This document shows, in pieces, positions 1 through 12,759 of a stretch of DNA of 64,000 nt. The notes below the pieces were generated by a model that was not told the origin of the DNA, searched no databases, and saw only the letters and a program-made list of their open reading frames with translations. Each line of letters begins with the position of its first letter. Within the stretch, counting starts at the first letter, position 1. This stretch comes from the human T2T-CHM13v2.0 reference genome, Homo sapiens, in NCBI RefSeq assembly GCF_009914755.1, contig NC_060947.1; one strand, given 5' to 3'. Both the position numbers and the translations under genes were made by a program.

Positions 1-1990
1 TGGCTTGTAGGGTTTCTGCTGAGAGATCCACTGTTAGTCTGATGGGCTTCCCTTTGTAGGTCCCCTGGCCTTTCTCTCTGGCTGCCCTTAACATTTTTTT
101 CTGCATTTCGACCTTGGAGAATCTGATAATTATGTGTCTTGGGTTTATCTTCTCGCGGAGTATCTTACGTGGTTCTCTGTATTTCCTGAATTTGCATGCT
201 GCCCTGTCTTGCTAGGTTGGGGAATTTCTCCTGGATGATATCCTAGGTGTGTTATCCAACCTGGTTCCATTCTCCCTGTCTCTTTCAGGTACTATAATCA
301 GTCGCAGGTTTGGTCTTTTTACATAGTCCTATGGTTCTTGGAGGTTTGTTTCATTTCTTTTCATTCTTTCTTCTCTAATCTTGTCTGCCTGCCTTATTTC
401 AGCAAGATAGTCTTCAATCTCTGATATTCTTTCTTCTGCTTGATTGATTCAGCTATTGATATTTGTGTATGCTTCATAAAGTTATCGTGCTGTGTTTTTC
501 AGCTCCATCAGGTCATTTATGTTCCTCTCTAAACTGGTTTTTCTAGACAGTAGCTCCTGTAACTTTTTATCACGGTTCTTAGCTTCTTTGCATTGGGTTA
601 GAACGTGCTCCTTTATCTCAGCCAAGTTTGTTATTACCCACATTCTGAAGCCTACTTCTGTCAATTCATCCATCTCATCCTCCGTCCAGTTCTGTGTCCT
701 TGCTTGAGAGATGTTGTGATCATTTGGAAGAGAAAAGGCACTCTGGCCTTTTGGGTTTTCAGCATTTTTTTCATTGATTTTTTCATCTTCATGAGTTTGT
801 CTAGTTTCAGTCTTTGAGGCTGCTGACCCTTGGATGAGGTTTTTGTAGGGATTTTTTTGTTGTTGATGCTGTTGTTACTTTCTGTTTGTTTTTCTCTCAA
901 TAGTCTGGTCCCTGTTCTGTAGGGCTGCTGCAGTTTGCTGGGGCCCTACTCATCTGGTTCACTCCCGCAGCTGGAGATGTCACTTAAGGAGGCTGGAGAA
1001 GAGCAAAGTTGGGTGCCTGCTCTCTGGGATCTCTGACCTTGAGGGGCTCCCACCTAAAGCCAGTAGGAATGCTCCTGTACAGGGTGTCTGGTGACCCCTG
1101 TTGGGGTGTCTCACCCAGTTAGGGGGCATGGGAACCAGGACCCATTTAATGAAGTACTTTAGCTGTCCTTTGGTGGAGGGGGTGTGCTGTGCTGTGGGGT
1201 AACCCACTCATCTGGGATGCCCAGATTCCTCAGAGCTAGCAGGAGGAAAGACTATGTCTGCTTGTCCGCGGAGACTATGGCCACCCCTCCCCCTAGGGGC
1301 TCAGGCCCAGGAAGATCAGAGTTCTTTCCCTGAGCCCCTGTCTGGAGTTGTTGGAGTTTCTGCAGGGAGGCCCTGCCAAGTTAGGAGGGAGGGATGGGTC
1401 AGGGTCAGGCCTGAAGAGGCTATCTGGCCACAGCCTGTGTGCTGCACTGTGGGGAATACCTCTTGTGACCAAGCAGTCTGGCCCTGGCTCCAGCAGGCAA
1501 AAAGCAGGACCTGGGGCTATAGTAATGGCTGCCGACCTTCCCTTCCCCTTGCCTTCCCCGCCAGGAGCTTCGTTTCTTAGGTAGCTAGAAGCTGCAGTGT
1601 TGGTTGCTGCCCCTCCCCCAGGGAGCTCAGATGGCTTAGACAACAGTCAGTGGCAGCAGTGGTGATGGCCACCTCTCCGCCTGGTAGCTCAGCAGGCTTA
1701 GGCATATTCCAGCAGAGTGGCTGTTGAGAATCTGTTGAGAATCAGCGTGGCTCTGCGGTTGGGACCCAAGGCCCTAGTGGTGTGGGCTCACAAGTGGGAT
1801 CTTGCGATCTATGGGTTGCATAGTTCCGTGGAAAAGCACAGTTCCCCAGGCTGGGTAGCATGCTCACTCACTGGCCACCTTGACTGGGAGTGGGGGCTCC
1901 CCTGTCCTGTGTGGCTTTCAGGTGGCTGCCACACCACCCTGCTCTTCCTTCTTCTACGTAGTCATGCCAGCTGCCTAGTCAGTCCTCAAC
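1..1990 (-). mobile_element. LINE-1 5' portion (older primate L1PA/L1P lineage): degenerate ORF1 (~1-786) and GC-rich 5' UTR (~787-1990); runs off the left edge
   Basis: Starts with the antisense ORF1 sequence gtagggtttctgctgagagatccactgttagtctgatgggcttccctttgt. ORF 482-673(-) translates to ORF1p coiled-coil-like sequence (KTSLERNINDLMELKNTAR). Frameshifts and stops show it is inactive. Confidence 0.92.
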
Positions 1991-2173
1991 ACCCACCGAT
2001 CTTTTGCAAGGACTTTAATTTGCTTACCTGTATCATTCAATAGATGCTCAGAAAATAAAAACGAATGAAAATGCCATCACAGTATTACAAATAGGCCAGA
2101 AGTACTTTTTTTCAGTAGCAGGATTGCACATAATGATCATTAGTGTTTTACTTTAATAATAAGCAAGCTACCA

Positions 2174-2538
<365 letters not shown>

Positions 2539-2556
2539 TTATAGTTTTTATAGATG

Positions 2557-2558
<2 letters not shown>

Positions 2559-2601
<43 letters not shown>
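2559..2601. repeat. (GT)21 microsatellite
   Basis: Uninterrupted GT dinucleotide run. Confidence 0.97.
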
Positions 2602-2602
<1 letters not shown>

Positions 2603-5154
2603 TTTTTATTCCACAACATTTGGATTTAATATCTTACTCTATTACATTTCCAGATTGTGAAATCTGCCCAAACTCTGTACCCACCAGGATGCTAGTCATT
2701 TTAGAGACATCTCCCCTACCCTCCAGAGGATTATACCAGAATCACAGGCTTAAGTGGTACTCAAAATTGAGGAGTGATGCAAGTCCTTATTATATGATGG
2801 TTATTGTATTTTAAGGGTTTTTTAGACAGTATTATTATTCTATCAAGCAGATCCTTCAAGTTCATTTAGTCATTCCACTCTAATGGGATTCAGAATGCCT
2901 CTTAAAATGGTTTGCCTAACTGGCCCAAGATTCATTCACAAGGAGCCTTACCATTATTCTCTCAAGTCCATGATACATATGGTCAAGCTCCTACAGGCAT
3001 TCCTTAGTAATTCCCCATCTGGAGCCTTGTAAGTGAGTTTCCATTTTTCTGTTCTCCAGGAAACCTTAAAAAAAAAGACTCAGGAAAGCCTTCCCCAAAT
3101 ACTCCAATCTCCAGGTTGCCTTATTCCACCTCTTCCATATCTTAGAACTCTCCTCTTTGTGAATAATCCTTCCAAAAGACTATGTTTTTAAAAATCAAAA
3201 GGCCTGGATGGGGTCACCTTCTGGATTTCTGGAAACTACTGCTTTGGTGAATCAAAATTTAAGTCTTCCACTTCTGCCTCTGCCATAGCAGAGATACAAA
3301 ATGTTTTAGCTACTTTTTCTAGATGGAGAAGGAAAAAGATATGTCCACTCCAGTGAGAATAATATAGAAATGAATATCACAATAAATTATTCTGTCACAT
3401 AAAAGTCAGCAGAAGTCACAGACAAAAATAGAACTCAGTTTAATGTCTGTTACATGGAAAAAATATTTGCAAATTCATGAGTTATGCTTTAGCTTATGCT
3501 TCTGTCCCCAAAGTGGTTTTTATTATTGTTGTTGGTTTAAGTAAGAAAGATCCTGTCTTGATTGGAATAATTACTATAAAAACTGCTTGCTTTGCCACAA
3601 ATAGATTTAAATTTCATATCAAAGAGGTCAAGCTTGACAAATATGTGTATTTGCTGACACCTGATAAATTCTAAAGGTATTAGTTGCACAGACATATAAT
3701 TAGTTTTAGAAATAGAAGTGTAATCAGGAGTATTTGCTGTGGATTTCTTGCATGCACTAGTGTTTGATCTTTAAAGTTTAAACAGCTGTGTACATATATA
3801 CATATCTATGCATGAAATGGGGTCAGTGAATATGGCAGGGATATTTACATTTATAAGTCAGATTATATCTCAGGATCTCACACTCATGACTTAACATATT
3901 TTGAACATTACAATTATACCCCTTTAAATTGTTCAACTATGATAAAGGCAGCTCTTGTAACAATTTTTATCACACACACACACAACAGTCTTTTCGCTAA
4001 ATTATGCTAATAACACCATCACACAAATTATGACCCCTAGGCAAGATTTAAACCAAACCAACTCCACAACTGAAAGTCTGTTTCACTGATGTGTCATACT
4101 GCCCATGTGAACATTTAGAGTAGTAAATTTTGCTTAAAACTACCCAGCTGTCATAGAAACCAATAGGTATGCATAATTGTATTGGAGGTGATAAAACCTG
4201 AGCCCTTCAAATAGAAGAAAATGCCCAAAGGGTAAAGTAAACAGGTCAACCAGAAATGCAAATAAGACCAAGGCAGTTTGTTCTCACCTGGGATGATTTT
4301 AAGCCTGAAGGACAGAGCTGTGCAAGTTTCTTGTACATTTTAGCAAGACAAAACAACAGAGCATCAAGGATTCCTCAGTTGGGGCTTGAAGTCTTCCAAG
4401 TTCAAAAAAAGCTCTGAAGCCAGGCAGCCAACTATAGGGTAGCTGAAAAGGGAAAAATGAAGACAGATCAAAGGAGTGGCTGAGTCCTAGTTTTCAAGGT
4501 TTCATTGTTAGAAAAGGGAAAAGAAGCAGGCCAATTACATGAGGAATGCTCGTACTCATGCCCAAGCTTTCTCTCTTACTCACGCTTACTCTTTTCCTCT
4601 TTATCAGACATACCCCAGTGTACCATCCCTAAGGAAAGGAACCCAGGGTATTCAACTATAAAGTCCTGGACAAGACTCATTTATATTCTTTGGCTTGACA
4701 CCAGGCACGGCAGCCATGATCAGAATTCTGGAGGCAGATACAGGGCTAGAAAGCTAACAGGGAGAAGGGAGAACTTAGGGGATGAGCAGCCTGATTATTT
4801 TATGATGTGAAAACATAGCAGGGACTTCCTGTAAGCATGACCAGAGGATGGCATGACTGTCCAATTTTGACTTTCACAACCTAGCAAAGAGAAATACAGT
4901 CTAAACAGGTTTAAATAGAGAAAATGACAAGGAAGTAGATAAGGAAGATGAGAGATGGAAAATGATTGTACACAAAGAAAGGGCTATCAATTTGGAGAGA
5001 ACGAACAAAATATACTTAACAAGAAGTGAGGGTTACTAACTTTATTAAATAATTGGTTGTTTTAAGCAGGTATAAATTTCAGTTTCACATAACCACAGCC
5101 AAAATGAAAGCATCTCTTCTATTGTGCTGTATTAATCAAAATGTGTTACATAGG

Positions 5155-5292
5155 CCAACTTTCTCAAAATATCCTGGGGTGCTAGTAAAATACACATTAC
5201 TAGATTCCTTTTCTGAACTCTTGAATTGGAATTCTTGGAAGTTTGCCCACCCTCACCCCCCAAAATCTGCACTTTTAAGACATTCTCTAGGT
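5155..5292. mobile_element. MER5-like hAT MITE, left part; remainder at about 6726-6760
   Basis: ttctcaaa...cctggggtgctagtaaaatacacatt...aaatctgcacttttaa...ctctaggt resembles MER5. The element resumes after the Charlie1 insertion. Confidence 0.5.
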
Positions 5293-6717
5293 AAGGAATT
5301 CTGAAAGTATGGTCTGCAGAGCCCAGGGGTTAACTGGTTCAGGGAGTTCCATGAGTTAAAATCATTCTAATAATAATTGCTATTTGCTTTTATCGCTGTG
5401 CTGATATTTGCTTTGATGGTGCAAAAGCAATAAAGCATAATACTGCCAATGGCCTAGCATTAATCAAAGCTGGGGCAACACATATTACTATTGTCGTTGT
5501 ATTCTTTACCACCATTAATTTGTAGTAAATGAATAACAACAAGGCCAGTTTAACTTTAAAATGTCCTTGGTGAAGCATTAAAATTATTAATTTTATGTCT
5601 TAACCCATGAGGATGTGTTTCGTTAATTTTCTGTGTGACAAACGCAAAATCTGCATAAAGCACTTCTGACACATTCTCAAGTATGATGGTTGTTTTAAGA
5701 AAAAGCACTGTGTTACTGTTAGAGTTCAAGCTGAAAGATGTTTTTCTCATGGAACACTATTTTCACTTAAAAGAACAACTAATAAACTATGGTTATTCAG
5801 ACTTAGATATTTCTTGACATGTTCTTGAGAAATTAATGAAGTGAGCTTGTCACTTAAAGGAAAACAACTGACCGTATTTGCTGACACTGGTAAAACTCAA
5901 GCTTTCAAGAGAAAATTCAAATTTTGGAAAATTGGTATCTGCGATCATAAGCATGACAGTTTTCTACCATTAAATATTTTTCTGATAAGATCAGCATTGA
6001 TATTGAGTATGATTTTTGTATTGGATTTTAAAAAGGCAACATTTCAAAAATCTGTATAACTCAGTGAATTAGAATTTTCCAAATAAGTTATTATTTAAAA
6101 ATCCATTCAGAGTGCAAGATAGACCAATGCTTGTTAATGAAAATAAGTATGAAAAGAATGAAAATTAGTATGAAAAGTTAGTTAATGTGGTTTTGTTTCC
6201 AATGCAATATTGCAACAAACCTTTAAACAACCACTACTTGTTGAATTTTAGTGTAGTATCAGAGAAGAATATCCACTATTATCTGAAAAGGCTATTAAAA
6301 TATCTCTTCCCTTTCCAACTACATATCTGAGTGAGACTGGATTTTCTTCCTGTACTTCAAATGAAACAACATATTGCAACAGATTGAATGCAGAAAAATA
6401 TATGTGATAATATAGCTGCCTTCTGTTATGCCAGATGATAAAGAGATTGGAAAAAATCTAAAACAATCCCATCCTTTTCATGACATACTTTTGTTTTGGA
6501 AAATAAGATTAGTTTTCCTAAAATTATGTTATTTAGGTAATTATATAATGGATTTGTTGTTATTTTAAAATAAGTTAATAAATGCGTATTTTAATTTCTC
6601 ATTTTAATTTCGAATATAGTAAATATTGATGGATATAACCCATGTAAGAAAAAACTCTTTGGGATTCTTTATAATTTTTAAGAGCATAAAGGGATTAAAA
6701 AAAATTGAGAACTGCTC
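5293..6717 (+). mobile_element. Charlie1 (Charlie1a-like) hAT DNA transposon, internally deleted, with decayed transposase 3' sequence
   Basis: Degenerate TIRs (ttctgaaagtatgg ... ttgagaactgctc). Hallmark segments tttgatggtgcaaaagcaat and aaggctattaaaatatctcttccctttccaactacatatctgagtgagactggattttct (LPFPTTYLSETGFS, hAT dimerisation motif). Degenerate 8-bp TSD ctctaggt/tgttaggt. Confidence 0.85.
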
Positions 6718-7609
6718 TGTTAGGTTATTCTATTCTTGATTACATTTGCAAATCATTACTAATAAAGGTAGGTACACATGGAAATGCTTTAATAATAAGA
6801 CTAATATAATTTCTTCCCAACTAGTCTTAATGATCATGTAACTCATCAGAGATTTTTCTAAAGTTTAGGCACAGTGCTATTCAAAGGTAAGGTTATAGGG
6901 GATGCCTACGTGAATTGTTAAGATTCCTTCCACTTGTTTTACTCTAAATCATTCTGTCTAAGATAATTTAATCTAAATTTCATTTCAATTTGATCCACTT
7001 TATATTTCCTAAACATCTATCAACCACAGATTTTTTTCAAAGTAAATTATATATCTTGATCATGCTTCACAATGGATCAGATATAATTCCTCTTGTGTAC
7101 AGAAACTTTCAAGAATTGCTTGGTAGACATAAACATTACATTTGACTCTCATTTTATGCTGCTGTCTGCAGAGATGCTTAATTATACTGTTAGCCACAGT
7201 CAACAGGGGTTGAGGGTAAATAAAACTCTGCTGAGAAATAAAAGAGAAGAACTCAGTCCAATTCAACAAACACTCACAGGATACCAACTATGTGCTAGCC
7301 TCTTTACCATGCATATGTTCTCTGACTTCTAAGATTTTAAAGTCAAGTGAGCGAAAGTTGTTTCAAGAGTTTTCTCTCTGAGTATCTGTTTTTTACTTTG
7401 TTAAATCTTCTCCTATAGTTAACACAGAAACTAGGGAACAAGGTGATTCCTAAGATTTAAGAACCAGCACCCCCACCAGATCTTTTTACCCCTTTTCCTA
7501 CACACAGTAAAGCCCAGTTAACTATGATTGTTCATCTGCAGATAGCTGTAAGATAAACTAAAACATCAAAATTAAACAAGCTTAGATCAAGATTATGAGG
7601 CCCAATCAC

Positions 7610-7812
7610 ATTGTGGTTAAAATCATGAGGTTTTCATTAAGCCCAAATTTAAAATCTATCCCTCTTCTGCTCACTATCTGGTTGTTCTAAAGCAAGTCTT
7701 GTCATCTGTAAAATTTATCTAATGATAATACTTAATGTTGTGACTATCAAATAAAATAAAACACATAAAATGGTGTTTGGCATACAGTAAGCACCAAATT
7801 ACTGTTAGCTCT
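7610..7812 (+). mobile_element. MIR SINE relic
   Basis: gtggttaa...gcaagtc...tcatctgtaaaat...tggcatacagtaagcac...tgttagct. Confidence 0.65.
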
Positions 7813-8074
7813 CATATTTCTCTTTTAATATAAGCTAACTTTCTGTAAATATCTTTAATTTAATACCTAAATCCTGCCAGGTCACCAAACATTATTTATT
7901 ATGTCTTTCAGAGAATAGCAGCAAAACCTTTCACATTTTTTTCCTTTATACCTTCTAAATATGTGCCCAAACTACCAAATATATGTGTATAATGTTTGGA
8001 AATTGATAAAATACATTCCTGATTTGAAAACCACATCAAGCTCAAGAGAAAAGCAGAATGTGTATAATTGTATA

Positions 8075-8190
8075 CGTTCATCGATAAGGAAACGGAGACC
8101 TCCAAAAAATTAAGTGACTTAGCTAAGGTCACACAGTTAGTAAGTGATGGAATCAAGAGTCAAACCTACCTTTGTCTGATCCTGCTAACA
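8075..8190 (-). mobile_element. MIR core
   Basis: gataaggaaacggag...taagtgacttagctaaggtcacacagttagtaagtga. Confidence 0.75.
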
Positions 8191-9254
8191 TATTCTATAA
8201 TCTTCAACTGACAATGATCAATAAAGCTCCGAATAATGGCACCAAGTTTTGAAAACACCATTCATCAAAAGAAACATCAAAGGGCAATTCAATTTGATTC
8301 ACTAGTGCAGACATGCTTTGACAATAATGTATATTCATATAATCTAAACAAGATTTTCAGTAAAAAGAACAGAAATAAATAACTTTCTAATAGTTTTTGG
8401 AAAAGTAACTAGAAAATTCCACCAATATGAACGCCTCCCTCCCTCATCATTTTGTTTACCCCAGGCTGTCCCCCACCAAGTTGCTTCCTGGATTGTGAAA
8501 AGAAGCTCTCAGGAAAAAACAGGGAAGTATAGAACTTGGTGCAGGGCAACAATCACAGAAGCACTTTAATCAGGAGACACATTAAACTTTTATCTTGAAA
8601 AGCTGAGAAAAAGCAGTGAGATGTGTGATTGGGGTAAACAAGCCTTGATTTTGTAGGGCCTTAAGAAGCCATTTGAGATACCTTCATGGAGGAAGTAAGA
8701 GGTAGGCAGTAATTGCTTTGGCATCCTTCAGAAAAAAAATCAATAATGAATATGAGTGAAGGGTCATGATAAAAATAACAGATCCACTCCGGGGGTAACA
8801 GAGAATGTGAAAATCAAACTAAAGAGAATTTGATCAATTGTAAAGTGGAGGATTGCTTCTTGTCACCTTGGCAGTGATGAGGGAAACGTGATGCATTTTT
8901 AAAATAATGAAGGCCAAAGCAACAGTAATATCATCGAATATCTGACTCCTGGATAGATTTATCTTTTAAGTACAACAAAGCCTCAATAAGGGAGCTACTC
9001 AGGGAATGGTAGGTTCAGGCTAATTAAATTGCTGTGCAAGTGAAGCTTTATCTGGAAGCTTCTTTAATCAATCTGGTCTAGTGAACATACTTGAATGTTT
9101 CTTTGCTAAGTGTGGCTGGTGCAAAATCTTAGAGTCATTCTAAATGTCATTGGTCAAAGCCCAAGTCCTGAGGAAATGTGGTCTTCAGCTCCAAGTATTT
9201 TCATCATGTACAAAAATTAATTTATCTTTTTCCTCATGTCCTGTCCTGCTAGTT

Positions 9255-10036
9255 CTCTTATCATCCTAGATACCTCCCTCTCCCTCAACTCCGAACTCTA
9301 AAAATTCACTGTGTCTTGTCCATTCAACTTCATAAATCTTTTTCACTATTTAAAATATACCTTCTCCTTTCAATTCCCACTATTACCTCCTCATTGCTTA
9401 TCTGGTCTAATACAACTTACCACTAATTGCTTACTAATTGTTTTTGCCTCCTGTCTTAACTTCTCCAATCCAGCCTCCACCCTGCACCAGAGGTAGCTCT
9501 CTAAACTGCAAACACAGCCATAACCCTTTGCATCTGAAAATTCTTCAATGATTCTCTATTGCCTTCAACATTCAATCTAAATGTTTTAACCTGATATACA
9601 AGTTCCTTAATGATCTGGCTTCTGCCAACCAGTTCAGTTTTTCTGCCACATTCCATGTTTTACTGTGTGTTGCAGCCATACTCTGAACTATTTACAGTTC
9701 TTACTATATGCCTTCTTCCCTTATGTTTCTTCTTTTGCCTGGAGTGCAAAGTAGTTCTTTTACTTACAGTTATTTTCCCTTTTACTACCATTTCACTTGG
9801 CCTACTTCTAGTCGTCCTTTGAAATTAACATCATATGTCACCTCCTCAGGAACCCTTCCTTGTTATCTCCCTAATTGTCTATCCTATGAATTCTAAAACA
9901 TCCTGTGCTTATGTGTACACATAATATTTAATTGAAATCATTCATGTATCCATTTATGTTTCTATTTGAATGCAATAACTATGTCCCTTGTCACTATACT
10001 CAGTACCTAGTGTTGAATAAATGAATGAATAAATAA
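9255..10036 (+). mobile_element. L2 LINE 3' fragment
   Basis: Pyrimidine-rich L2 3' sequence (tcatcctagatacctccctctccctca, ttcttcaatgattctctattgcc) ending in tgttgaataaatgaatgaat. Confidence 0.75.
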
Positions 10037-10408
10037 GTCATTCAATAGATGCTTGATGTGGAATTGTTTCTGATTATCTACATTTTTCCCCTCAAAGTAA
10101 AGCATCACTTAAAAACCCCAATTAATTGAAGAATACAATTAATTGGACTCTAGTTTGATGTTTTAAGGAAATGTTCCATGAAAATATCTTTTTCTAGTGA
10201 CATAAACACTCTCAAACATAGTACTGATCCTTTGCCTAAGCAGTAACTAGCATGACCACTAAATCAGTCCAAGGAAATATGCAAAAAATGTAATAACTGA
10301 AGTCCAGATATTTAAGAAGCATATCTAAGGAGAAAACTTCTTACTTCTTATAAGAAGTGACAGCTCTCTTATTGAGAGGTCTATTAATAAGAGTGTCGCC
10401 TCTCTTAT

Positions 10409-11797
10409 TGAGAGGTGACAGCATGCTGGCAGCCCTGGCTCGCTCTTGGCGCCTCCTAGGCCTCCGTGCCCACTCTGGCCGCGCTTGAGGGGCCCTTCAG
10501 CCCGCCGCTGCACTGTGGGAGCCCCTTCCTGGGACGGCCGAGGCCGGAGCCGGCTCCCTCAGCCTGCGGGGAGGTGTGGAGGGAGAGGCGCGGGAGGGAA
10601 CCGGGGCTTCCCGCGGCGCTTGCGGGCCAGCGAGAGTTCCGGGTGGGCGTGGGCTTGGCGGGCCCCGCACTCGGAGCGGCCGGCGGGCCCGCCAGCCCTG
10701 GACAGTGAGGGGCTTAGCACCCGGGGCCAGCAGCTGCGGAGGGTGCGCCCGGGTCTCCCAGCGGTGCCGGCCCACCGGCGCTACGCTCGATTTCTCGCCG
10801 GGCCTTAGCTGCCTCCCTGCAGGGCAGGGCTCGGGACCTGCAGCCTGCCATGCCTGAGCCTCCCCTACCTATCCCCCCTCCCCTCCCCCTCCCGCCTGGG
10901 CTCCTGTGCGGCCTGAGCCTCCCTGACAAGCGCTGCCCCCTGCTCCAGGCGCTGGGCCCCACCTACCACCCAAGGGCTGAGGAGTGCGTGCGCACCGCAC
11001 GGGACTGGCGGGCAGCTCCACCTGTGGCCGTGGTGCGGGATCCACTGGGTGAAGCCAGCTGGGCTCTTGAGTCTAGTGGGGACTTGGAGAACCTTTATGT
11101 CTAGCTAAGGGATTGTAAACACACCAATCAGCACCCTGTGTCTAGCTCGGGGTTTGTGCATGCACCAATTGGCACTCTGTATCTAGCTAATCTGGTGGGG
11201 ACTTGGAGAATCTTTATGTCTAGCTCAGGGATTGTAAACGCACCAATCAGCACCCTATCAAAACGGACCAATCAGCTCTCTGTAAAACAGACCAATCGGC
11301 TCTCTGTAAAATGGACGAATCAGCAGGATGTGGGTGGGGCCAGATAAGAGACTAAAAGGCTGCCTGAGTAAGCAGTGGCAACTGCTTGCTCGGGTCCCAT
11401 TACACACTGTGGAAGCTTTGTTCTTTCACTGTTTGCAATAAATCTTGCTGCTGCTCACTGTTTGGGTCCATACTGCCTTTATGAGCTGTGACATTCACTG
11501 CGAAGGTCTTCAGCTTCACTGCTGAAGCCGGTGAGACCAGGAACCCACCGGGAGGAATGAACAACTCTAGACGCGCCGCCTTAAGAGCTGTAACACTCAC
11601 CGCAAAGGTCTGCAGCTTCACTCCTGAAGCCAGCAAGACCACGAACCCACCAGAAGGAAGAAACTCCGAACACATCCGAACATCAGAAGGAACAAACTCC
11701 TGACACGCCGCCTTTAAGAATTTTAACACTCACCGAGAGGGTACGCGGCTTCATTCTTGAAGTCAGTGAGACCAAGAACCCACCAATTCCGGACACA
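10409..11797 (+). mobile_element. LTR12C-type solo LTR (ERV9/HERV9)
   Basis: Starts TGAGAGGTGACAGCATGCTGGCAG and ends CCAATTCCGGACACA. CpG-rich U3, tandem caccaatcagc enhancer repeats, polyA signal gcaataaa at ~11437, U5 repeats agcttcactcctgaagcc. Flanks are ttat/gtat. Confidence 0.95.
11060..11380 (+). promoter_or_regulatory. ERV9 LTR enhancer/promoter block: clustered CCAAT (NF-Y) boxes, GGGTGGGG box, GATA site, TATA-like position
   Basis: CCAAT at about 11124, 11165, 11243, 11268 and 11292; gtgggtggggccagataag at 11329-11348. Activity at this locus is not shown by the sequence. Confidence 0.6.
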
Positions 11798-12385
11798 GTA
11801 TCTCATCCTTTCCTCCAGCTCCAAGTCTGTCTGTCAATCTGGAGTTATAGCTCAGGAAGGCAAAGTCATGTCTAGTTTTGTGTGGCACTACAATCAAGCT
11901 TAGTTCACATCAGAGGATAAAAATAAAATCCTGAACTGGTGTAGCCAGAGGGGAATGTTTAATAGTGTTAAATAGGAAATGCTATAGCATGCAAGCTTCA
12001 GACATTACAACTTAGATTCAATCTGGAAGTTAATTTCTCCACCAGGATATGTGGTATTTAAAACACTGTTTCTACACAGTGTGGACAGAGGCTGCTAGGT
12101 AGAAAATACATTCACAAGAAAGAGAATTAGAAAGCTAAAGGGCCGAAGAAACATGGAAAATATTCCCAACGTAATAAGTAACGCACAGCAGATGTTTCCG
12201 AGAGAATCCATAATTCTTTAGGAATAAAACTGATAATATTCCAAACTGAAAATGATTTTTGAGCAAGTATTTAATCAGAGGGGCTGAAATAATGGGACCT
12301 AGTATAGAATACCCCTAGGGCAGAGCAGCACAGGGCAAGAACAGCTCAGGCCACTTTAACAAGGTTCAGAAGAACTTGGACAACT

Positions 12386-12416
12386 CAAATTAAACCCAAA
12401 TTAAACCCAAATTAAA
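12386..12416. repeat. 11-bp tandem repeat (caaattaaacc) x2.8
   Basis: caaattaaacc caaattaaacc caaattaaa. Confidence 0.85.
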
Positions 12417-12759
12417 GAAATGTGGATCAGATAGGACCATAGAAATGTTCTTTTCCTCAAGTGGTTAAAGCTTTTAAAACACACGCGTGCACACACACAC
12501 CACTTTCTGCAGGAAAATTAAATATTAGTATCAGAGCACTAAAAATTTGCAGTATGTGTATGCATATATGCTTAACAATTTAGAAAACTGTCATTCTATA
12601 GTGTTTCTTCAGTAATTCCAAGTTAATATTTTTGTTGTCTCCATGAAGTTATATGTTTAAAGAGACCCTGTGACATTTTTTATTGAAAGTGATCTGGGAC
12701 AGATCAACGACACTTGATAATTAGTCAAAGTTCCGGTTCCCAGAGTAACAGACTAGTTA

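Noticed and set aside
10325-11729. Overlapping 60-120 aa ORFs on both strands
   Set aside because: They lie in or mostly overlap the GC-rich LTR12C, where stop codons are rare; no domain is recognisable.
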